Source of the DNA: Nitrospiraceae bacterium
GTDB taxonomy: Bacteria; Nitrospirota; Nitrospiria; Nitrospirales; UBA8639
DNA length: 64,000 bases
Direction: 5' to 3'
NCBI GenBank assembly: GCA_020632635.1
Contig: JACKFE010000002.1
Location: forward strand, 495,625-559,624
This document shows positions 38,358 through 46,058 of the stretch, one piece after another (the first letter of the stretch is position 1; each line of letters starts with the position of its first letter). The notes below the pieces were generated by a model that had not been told where the DNA came from, did no database searches, and worked only from the letters and a program-made list of their open reading frames with translations. The translations under genes were made by a program, and so were the position numbers.

Positions 38358-39236
38358 ATGAACTCGAACTCTTTCAATCGGTTTCTTCAAGGAACCATTG
38401 CGATCTTGTTTCTGGCCTTTGCCGGACAAGTCGGATATCAATATGCGTTCCATAAACCCGAACCGGTCCTGATGGCGGCCTGGGCGTTTGAACCTCGTAA
38501 TCTTGCAGAGGCCAAAGGGTTGGCTCAAGAGGTTGTTGAAGCCCAAGTTACCAATATTGAGCGTGCCGATGACTTAGTCATTCCTGCTCCGGGAGAGCCC
38601 GGGAATGTTGAACGAATTGCCATTGAAGTCGTCAGTATGAAGGTCAAGGGGGCCATGAAAGGACAGCCGGCCCAAGACATTCAAGTTTTCCGGACGGCTG
38701 GCATTCCTGTCACCCGGAATGACATGCCGAACATGAAGGATGCCCCGCCCAAACCCAGAGGAGCGTCCAATCCCCCCTCTCGACCGACCCCATTCGTGGC
38801 GAACACCATTAACATTCATGATGACCAAGCGTACAAGGTAGGGGAAAGTTACGTCATGTTTTTACGTAATGGCCCTCAAGTCAAGGTAAAAGGCCAAAAA
38901 GTCGCCACAAAAATTCTGTTAAATCCCAGCACACGGTTCCGGGTTGAACCAGACAATAGAATCACCCCAACTATTCCTGACGGACTGGGGCAATCTTTTA
39001 AGGGAAAGGCGTTGCAGCAATTTAAAGCCGACATTCAGCAAATTACGGAACGGGCTCCAATCCCAGGGAAACTTCCTGGCCAATTCGTTCTACCCAAGCT
39101 TCAGATCAAACCGGGTATCCAACCAGGTCTGATTCGGCCAAGAGGCCTAGAAGGGGCACCAGCTCCGGAAGGCATGGAGGAGGAATTGGGGGAAATGGAA
39201 GTACCTACGGAGGGTGAAGCTCCCGAGCTCCAATAA
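38358..39236 (+). CDS. Secreted protein, distant member of paralog family A, with a LQIKP motif, RPRGLEG and an acidic tail
   Basis: ATG at 38358 follows AAGGAG. Signal/anchor segment TIAILFLAFAGQVGYQYA. Tail: LPKLQIKPGIQPGLIRPRGLEGAPAPEGMEEELGEME. Confidence 0.65.
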   Translation: MNSNSFNRFLQGTIAILFLAFAGQVGYQYAFHKPEPVLMAAWAFEPRNLAEAKGLAQEVVEAQVTNIERADDLVIPAPGEPGNVERIAIEVVSMKVKGAMKGQPAQDIQVFRTAGIPVTRNDMPNMKDAPPKPRGASNPPSRPTPFVANTINIHDDQAYKVGESYVMFLRNGPQVKVKGQKVATKILLNPSTRFRVEPDNRITPTIPDGLGQSFKGKALQQFKADIQQITERAPIPGKLPGQFVLPKLQIKPGIQPGLIRPRGLEGAPAPEGMEEELGEMEVPTEGEAPELQ

Positions 39237-39272
39237 TCCTGACAGGCTCATTATTTCACCTTGTTATTTACC

Positions 39273-39311
39273 TGAACCCCCTGGGAAATTATCATTTCCC
39301 AGGGGGTTCAG
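39273..39311 (+). terminator. Strong hairpin downstream of gene 38358..39236
   Basis: 17-bp perfect stem ctgaaccccctgggaaa / tttcccagggggttcag around a short central loop. No obvious U-tract follows. Confidence 0.55.
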
Positions 39312-40205
39312 ACTTCTCAGGGTATCAGCGGAAAAACCCATCTGAACCGTTTACGAGAATTCATATTTCTTTCCCTGTCACAATGGAAAACTCACACAGA
39401 TTCCCCTTGTATACAAACATAAGATCCGTCAACGCATTGACAACACCCGTCAAACTGTCTGAGTCAGTGATTCACCAATCCAAGGGTCAGTGTTGTGAGC
39501 ACGGATTCATTACTGGCTTTTCGCACTCATCACACCCATTGGCCTATATTTGGAAGACTGAGCCCATCAACATCACCAAACAGTACATTCCCATGGGTTT
39601 CGCTTACCTCTATGACGTCCCCAATCTCTCATCCCCTGCCTTTGCTTTTGAATACCTCCGTTCGGAGGCTTCTTCGTTAAAATCTCACTTGGCATCAAGA
39701 TTGCTTTTTCTTTAATCAGAAAAAGGGAATTCCCTTATTTCTAGGTAAAGAGATGCCAAAACCCCACAAATGGGGAATTTAACAAACACTGATTTTGTAT
39801 TAAAAATTTTTGCTGAGGACTCAATGACAAAGCAACAAGACTCTAAAAAGCGGACGTTCCTCCTCTCAACATGGGGCCACCTGGGCCTTTCAGGGCTCAT
39901 TGGGGAATGGGAAACAAGACTAGCCAATAAGTATCCTGCGCAAGGCGGCCAAACTGTTCGGCGACCTGCGCCACTCAAAAAACCAAAACCCGTAGACCCC
40001 GCGTAGAATCCCAAACTCTCTTTTCTCCCCCAACTCATCACACTCTTTTATAGCTTGCCCCACAATCGGCCAGACTTCGCGCTCTTAGTCCACCCTTGAA
40101 ACCCATTCAGCACCTTCGCCGCCAAGGATTGCGCATACTGACTAATTCTCGTAAGGTATACCTCTAACCTATCTAAACAGGTGTTTTCTCGAGTCCGAGA
40201 GAGTC

Positions 40206-41390
40206 GTGAGAATCAATATGAACCGCTTCCTTGTAACCCTCATCATGGGTGTCTGTTATCTCGTAACCTCCGTCACGGTGGGAGTCGCAGGACAACCTAA
40301 TATTGTATTAAGTCGTGCCCTCCACTTTCCTGCTCCAGATGGAACGTCAATCGCCCTCAGTCCCGGAAAATATTTTATCGAACAGGCCGGATCTACCACA
40401 CTGCGACTGATCCCTGAGGGAACCTCTCCCGGGGCTGCCCAGGTGATCCACGCCGATGCATTAACTCATGAACAATATGAATTGTTCTCACCCATGGCTC
40501 TCACCCGACCGCAGAAAAATAACGAATATCTCATTGAACTGCTCATGCCTGGTGGCATTCGGCTAGAAGCCAAAGGGTCGACTCATGCTCCCCCATCCGG
40601 CCCCTCGCTCAGAACCGAACCTGTGCCCACAGCCTCAACACCAGACGTTCCACCTTCGCCTCACGTTCCGGTCGTCGAAACTCCGAAATCTGTTCATCCC
40701 ATCGCACAAGAGCCTATATTAGAAGATTCGATGGCCACAGCAAGCTCTCCTAGCATTACTTCAACTTCGGTACCGGTTCTTCCGTATCAGGCCCCAGAAG
40801 TCGCATCTCAAGGCAAACGCATCATTGTTGACAAACAAGAGACGGGAAAAGATCCAATTTTTCTTTCAGTCCTCTCCCCGGATCATATCGGCTTGACCAT
40901 TTTTGAACAGCCCGCGCTCTTTTGGTTTATCGGGAATCAAACCGATCATCCCGTAGACGTCATGATCACCGATGAAAATAATACGCAAATGCTCTTGGAT
41001 GTCCGCATGCTTCCGCCCATTCGGCCAGGCATTCACAAAGTTGAACTCAAAGATTATGGGATAAAACTTCACCCAGACACGACGTATCAGTGGAAAATCA
41101 TGCTGCAAGGTTCCACTCAAGGAGAATCTCTGGTCACCAGTGGATGGATCATGAGAATTACGCCACCTTCAAACCTGATCAATATCCCGCAACAGCCGAC
41201 CTTGCAAGCCGCGCCCCTGGAACAATTGATGGAAGCCGGCTTGTGGTACGATGCCTTTTGGGCATTGTCGGAACGCATTCAATCTCATCCTACTGACACC
41301 ATTGCTCTCGAACAGCGTGCAGGCCTTTTTGAACAAGTCGGACTGTTTCCCCCGGCCCAACATGACCGGTCCCATATTCAAGGACCATAG
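40206..41390 (+). CDS. Secreted protein with the shared N-terminal module (divergent) and a C-terminal DUF928-like domain
   Basis: Alternative ATG at 40218 (MNRFLVTLIMGVCYLVTSVTVGVAG). Module: LSRALHFPAPDGTSIALSPGKYFIEQ...IELLMPGGIRLEAKGS. DUF928-like blocks: PALFWFI, TTYQWKI, AGLWYDAFWAL. Confidence 0.75.
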   Translation: MRINMNRFLVTLIMGVCYLVTSVTVGVAGQPNIVLSRALHFPAPDGTSIALSPGKYFIEQAGSTTLRLIPEGTSPGAAQVIHADALTHEQYELFSPMALTRPQKNNEYLIELLMPGGIRLEAKGSTHAPPSGPSLRTEPVPTASTPDVPPSPHVPVVETPKSVHPIAQEPILEDSMATASSPSITSTSVPVLPYQAPEVASQGKRIIVDKQETGKDPIFLSVLSPDHIGLTIFEQPALFWFIGNQTDHPVDVMITDENNTQMLLDVRMLPPIRPGIHKVELKDYGIKLHPDTTYQWKIMLQGSTQGESLVTSGWIMRITPPSNLINIPQQPTLQAAPLEQLMEAGLWYDAFWALSERIQSHPTDTIALEQRAGLFEQVGLFPPAQHDRSHIQGP

Positions 41391-41756
41391 AAGGTTTTTC
41401 ACCGACCAATGTGTTATTCCCTACCTTCCGTTTTTCGTTCCAGGATTTTTTCTCTCCCCTTATGAACACAAGGCGCCCCCGGCCCAGAAGATAATTTTTC
41501 TTATCTGACCTCCCCAGGCTGCAGAAAATCTCTTTCCCCTTCAATTTCTTCTGATAAGCATCGAAAAAAAATGAAATCGTACATTGCAATACCGGGTCCT
41601 TTCCATGTCCACTTCGCCTCAAGTACGCTCCCCCAATCCAAGAAATTCCATATAACAAAGATACGCCGACAATGAACCCTACCCCCTTGATAAACGACTC
41701 ACATGAAATAGGCTCATGGTCCAACGATGACTATTTTTTTTAGGGAGAACCGAACA

Positions 41757-43073
41757 ATGCAACCGCACACCCCCACACCAGCCAATATCCAACCTTCCCG
41801 AAGAGAGTTTCTCAAGAAGGCTGGAATTCTCACAGGTGGAATCCTGGCCTTGGGCCTGCCACTTCCACTCAGACAGGCCTCATCCGCCTTGGCGGCTGCA
41901 CCGCCATCTGATTCCGTCCGTTACGCTTTGGATCTTGGGGGCCAAATCGCAGGCCCGATCATCTCCTTGGATAGTGGATTTACTTCTGGGCAAGTGGTGG
42001 AAGGACGGCTGGGCCAATCTTTGTCTTCCAAGAAACATCTGGCCACCATTGTGCCTGAGGACGTCTTTCTCGAATGTAGAAATAATATGACCAAGGATTT
42101 CTATCTCTGGATCCAACAGGCATTGGGCGAACAGGCGCCAAAAAGAAGCGGAGGCATTCTGACCATGAGCATGGGAAACCAACTCTTGGACCGGCAAATG
42201 TTTACCGACGCGTTCATCACTGAGGTCACGTTCCCCGCCCTGGATCGGACTTCGACCATTCAGGCCTCAATTGGTCTGAAATTGAAGCCCCGGCAATGGA
42301 GCTATCAATCCGGAGGCAGCCAGATAGCCTTTCCAACAGGAGTCAATCTAGGCGGGTGGCTGTCCTCTCATTTCCGCGTCGGAATCTCCGGACTGGAATC
42401 CGCATGCGCCCATATTGTGAAAGTGGACTCTTTGGTCTGGAAACAATCCCTGAGCATGGCCCCGGACAGGCTTTCGTTCACCAGCGGACCCATTCAGACA
42501 CCAAATCTGGTCGTAACTCTCCCTCGCACACAGGCCGGTCCCTTTACCGAATGGTTTAAACAATTCGTCATTAATGGAAAATCTTCCGATTCCGACGAAC
42601 GTTCAGGGTCATTGGAGTTCCTGGCACCTGACCAGCAAACGGTATTATTCAAACTGAACTTTGAACATCTCGGTATTTTTCGGATGTCGCCCATAACCCT
42701 TTCCCCCACCAACGCCACCCCACTCGTCAAAGTAGAAATGTACTGCGAAACCCTGAGATTGACCGAATTCCCCAGCCCAGGACCGGCACAAACGCCCCTG
42801 ACACCGGCAATGGTTCTGGGAGTCTACCGCCACAACCCGGTCCAAAACGCTTGGCATGAAGGCTCGATTACTCAGGAGGGCGCCACACTCCGCTGGACGA
42901 ATAAAGCTGGAGCCACTTGGCGATTGGTACCCGACCTTGCCAACCAGCGGTTATTGGCTGAAGGACCCGATAACCCGTATGCCCAATATGGGTCAAAGGA
43001 ATTCAAATTGATCATGGAAAACGGCTTTATCAAAGGGTTCGCCTTCGGCGGGGGAACATACCTGAAACAATAA
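41757..43073 (+). CDS. Tat-exported protein with two tandem phage tail-tube (gp19/TIGR02241-like) domains and an extra C-terminal domain
   Basis: ATG at 41757 follows AGGGAG. Twin-arginine motif SRREFLKKAG. The pattern FxLDLGG...(E)VVE...KKH...FLEC...FYLWIQQAL...GGILTM...DAFITEVTFPALD...IGLKLKP resembles tube proteins. Paralog of 61223..62314. Confidence 0.55.
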   Translation: MQPHTPTPANIQPSRREFLKKAGILTGGILALGLPLPLRQASSALAAAPPSDSVRYALDLGGQIAGPIISLDSGFTSGQVVEGRLGQSLSSKKHLATIVPEDVFLECRNNMTKDFYLWIQQALGEQAPKRSGGILTMSMGNQLLDRQMFTDAFITEVTFPALDRTSTIQASIGLKLKPRQWSYQSGGSQIAFPTGVNLGGWLSSHFRVGISGLESACAHIVKVDSLVWKQSLSMAPDRLSFTSGPIQTPNLVVTLPRTQAGPFTEWFKQFVINGKSSDSDERSGSLEFLAPDQQTVLFKLNFEHLGIFRMSPITLSPTNATPLVKVEMYCETLRLTEFPSPGPAQTPLTPAMVLGVYRHNPVQNAWHEGSITQEGATLRWTNKAGATWRLVPDLANQRLLAEGPDNPYAQYGSKEFKLIMENGFIKGFAFGGGTYLKQ

Positions 43074-43309
43074 GGTCGCAGACCAAACAAGCATGCATGC
43101 AATCGTTATTCATGCATGGAAGTACGTCATATGATCTGATCAGGCAAAGAAATGAAGATCTGTACTCTCTGCCTCATTTTTACCCCTAGGTTGTTGCTTT
43201 TCACCTGAGGGTCTCAGGACGCCGACCTCATCCTTCAACAATAACTAAAAGAGGTGACGAGAGACACGTTGGGGAATCGTGGAGTGAGCGGGCAAGGAAC
43301 ACGCCAGCA

Positions 43310-43662
43310 ATGACGGCAAAGCATATGTCCATTGATGAATATGACCAATTGCTGCTTCAATCCGGAAACGCTTCAATACTCCTCCTCAATAATAGTGCCA
43401 TGCCTATCAATGGAAAAATTCTTTCCCTGGTTCAGGATCAGCCTCAATTGTATGGTCCATGGCACTTGCGGAGTATCATCACAATCCCGCACAAAATGAT
43501 TGGCACATGAGCATGAGCTGGATCGAACAAGATCAAGCCAGTAATCTGCGAGGAAGCTCCTGGATGTGTGGGCTTTCGTTCAATACATTCTTCTCGTTAA
43601 TTATTTCTCCCAAAACACTCTTCTCTCCCTTTTCATCTCAGTACCGTACGAATTTATTCTAA
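43310..43662 (+). pseudogene. Frameshifted remnant resembling the C-terminal domain of gene 41757..43073
   Basis: Two overlapping short ORFs. LAEYHHNPAQNDWHMSMSWIEQD compares with LGVYRHNPVQNAWHEGSITQEG of the upstream gene. Confidence 0.35.
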
Positions 43663-43965
43663 GTCGGTTCAGACTGACACGGAGTACGGCTTTTCCATCT
43701 GTCTCTTTCTGCGTGAACGCTTGGAATAAATACCTACCTCATTCTTCGTAAATATTGAATCTTGTGCCGAAAAATCTCCTCAAACTGTGGAAATTGACTT
43801 CACACTCGTGACTTGGCCTCTTTACACTAACCGTTAGCAACCCCCACACAATTTCATCCAATAAATGGGCTTGAACCTCCCAAGACCTTCAAGCGACTGA
43901 CTTGAAAAATATGGAAACCCAATGATTCCCCATTCAATCCTGTTCACCCTTGAAAGGAATGACAT

Positions 43966-44535
43966 ATGCGGATACTCATTTTCACGTTCATCGTCAGCTT
44001 GTGGCTTCACGGATCCCTTGCGCATGCGGCTGATCCACAAAACACCAAACAGGTTCTCGAGTTACAACGACAAGTGTCGATCCTCCAACAGGAAGTCACA
44101 CGCCTAACAAGGATCATAGATGCGTCGCCAGACGGCACCATACGCATCACCGCGCCCCAGCACAAACAGGAAACGACAGGAGGCAATGTCCAAACCTCCA
44201 TCAGTGGACAACAGGTCTTGCACATCGGGCAGGCTGTTTCTGAACGGATCGGCACCACACAATCCATTGCAATCGGAACCACCCAGTCTGTCTCTGTCGA
44301 ACAAGATGCGCAGCACACCGCAGGACGCAATGCCATTCACCAAGCGGGTGGCGATCTCACATTGATGGCCGGGAAACGTACGATCATCACGGCGGGCGAT
44401 CAATTGATCCTAAAAACGGGACAAGCCTCGATCATACTGAATAAAAACGGAGATATTCTCCTGCAAGGCAAGGACATCCAAATCAAGGGGTCTGGCCAGG
44501 TCAACATGAAAGGATCAAAGGTCACCACACAATAA
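43966..44535 (+). CDS. Secreted coiled-coil protein with a VgrG/gp5-needle-like beta-helical C-terminus
   Basis: Signal peptide MRILIFTFIVSLWLHGSLAHA. Heptads VLELQRQVSILQQEVTRLTRII. C-terminus: GDLTLMAGKRTIITAGDQLILKTGQASIILNKNGDILLQGKDIQIKGSGQVNMKGSKV. Confidence 0.65.
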   Translation: MRILIFTFIVSLWLHGSLAHAADPQNTKQVLELQRQVSILQQEVTRLTRIIDASPDGTIRITAPQHKQETTGGNVQTSISGQQVLHIGQAVSERIGTTQSIAIGTTQSVSVEQDAQHTAGRNAIHQAGGDLTLMAGKRTIITAGDQLILKTGQASIILNKNGDILLQGKDIQIKGSGQVNMKGSKVTTQ

Positions 44536-44704
44536 GGAGGCTATGGCAGTGAGAGATCGCTCTTGAGAAATGGGGCGACTGCAAACAATGCCATTCTGAC
44601 ACTTATCGCTCAAAACGATTCACGATGGCATGTCGCTGTGTATCGGGGAAGGCAGTGGCTTGTTGATTCTCATGTTCCCCTAGTACAGAAAGGAGTTGGT
44701 ACCC

Positions 44705-45373
44705 ATGAAACACTCATGTCCAACCACCCTCACCCTTCTAAAGAATCTGGGTCTCTCGGCCCTTGTATTCACCTTTGTCGTGGGCTGCTCAACCACACAG
44801 ACGCCCCCATCCGAAATCGCCTCGGTGGAAGAAATCCAGGAGGTCGAAGCGGGCAATGACCCAGCCATGGAGGGAACGGATGCGGGAGCCCCTCAAGACT
44901 GCGTGGACAATGATGAACGACCGGCCTGTCACGTAAAATCCAGAGGACTCGGATTTGTTCCCATTAAGGTGAAAAGTGAAACCACCCAACGATGTCTGCG
45001 CCCGAACGGCGGAAGCACTGCCGAAAATGTCGAAATTATCATGTCGACTTGTTCAGAGACGAAAAGCCGCCGGTGGTACCGGGAGCAAGGGGTGTATGCA
45101 GGCGGGGACAAGATCATCAACTTGAACTCCGGAAAATGTATCGAACGAGTCGGGACCGTCCTGCGACAACGGACTTGCGCCAACTCATCTAACCCCACCA
45201 GTGCCCACAACCAAACTTGGGTCTTTCAAGGAACTCCTCCCTTCGGAAGCGGAGACTTTTTGAAGTCCTGGACATCGGAAGGCGGATGCGCCCGAGCCAT
45301 GAATGCAACGAACGTCCGAATGTCGACGTGCCAAAACGATGCAAACCGACGCTGGTATCAATCGGCCTTTTAA
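44705..45373 (+). CDS. Lipoprotein with a ricin-type beta-trefoil lectin domain
   Basis: ATG at 44705 follows AAAGGAG. Lipobox ALVFTFVVGCS. Three QxW-like motifs (RRWYRE, QTWVFQ, RRWYQS) with paired Cys. Confidence 0.75.
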   Translation: MKHSCPTTLTLLKNLGLSALVFTFVVGCSTTQTPPSEIASVEEIQEVEAGNDPAMEGTDAGAPQDCVDNDERPACHVKSRGLGFVPIKVKSETTQRCLRPNGGSTAENVEIIMSTCSETKSRRWYREQGVYAGGDKIINLNSGKCIERVGTVLRQRTCANSSNPTSAHNQTWVFQGTPPFGSGDFLKSWTSEGGCARAMNATNVRMSTCQNDANRRWYQSAF

Positions 45374-45475
45374 GAGAACCAAATACCTGTCAACCACTTA
45401 GGCAGGAAGGAGGCATTCTCCTTCCTGCCCAGGCAAAACGTGACGTTGGACCTTACGACAAGAGGAGTTTCTCTC

Positions 45476-46012
45476 ATGAGACCATTCCAAATCCCCCTCA
45501 TCGCATTGTTGTTTGCGCTACAATTATCTGTCGCCTTGGCAGCGGATCCCAGCTTTCGGCAGGCCCAGCCGCATCAGATGGCTCCCCAACGGGGCAGCAC
45601 GATTCCTCAATTGCAACTGACACCAGACTATCTCTACCAACAAATCACGGCTCTCCAACAGCAGGTCGTCACCCTTCAAGGTCAAGTAAATCTCCTGCGG
45701 TCCGTGGTTCAGGTTTCTCAAACGGAAACGACGATCCAAGCTGAAAATCTCAGCCTAAAAGCCACGAAGGCTCTAGCCCTGAACTCAGGAAAGGACACCA
45801 CTCTCACCGTTGAGAATGAATTCACACTCACTAGCGCCAAAGACTTGCTGATCAAAAGTGGGAAAACTGCCAACGTGGAAGGTGGCGCCCTTTTGAACCT
45901 CAAAGCCCCACAGGTCAAACTGAATAATGGCAGCAAACCAATGGCCACCGTCGGAAGTATTGTGTCCGGAGGAAAAGTTATCTCAGGGAGTCCAACCATT
46001 TTCGGCCCCTAA
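45476..46012 (+). CDS. Secreted coiled-coil protein with a spike/needle-like C-terminus (paralog of 29386 and 43966)
   Basis: ATG at 45476 follows AGAGGAG. Signal peptide MRPFQIPLIALLFALQLSVALAA. Heptads ITALQQQVVTLQGQVNLLRSVV. C-terminus: LLNLKAPQVKLNNGSKPMATVGSIVSGGKVISGSPTIFGP. Confidence 0.65.
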   Translation: MRPFQIPLIALLFALQLSVALAADPSFRQAQPHQMAPQRGSTIPQLQLTPDYLYQQITALQQQVVTLQGQVNLLRSVVQVSQTETTIQAENLSLKATKALALNSGKDTTLTVENEFTLTSAKDLLIKSGKTANVEGGALLNLKAPQVKLNNGSKPMATVGSIVSGGKVISGSPTIFGP

Positions 46013-46058
46013 GTTGTCCATTATGCCTCGATCACTCAACAAGAGGAGTATGCCTATC

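Noticed and set aside
41290-41724. 144-aa minus-strand ORF between the DUF928 gene and the Tat tube-like gene
   Set aside because: It overlaps the 3' end of gene 40206..41390. It has no domain or signal features, and the region looks like intergenic/promoter DNA.
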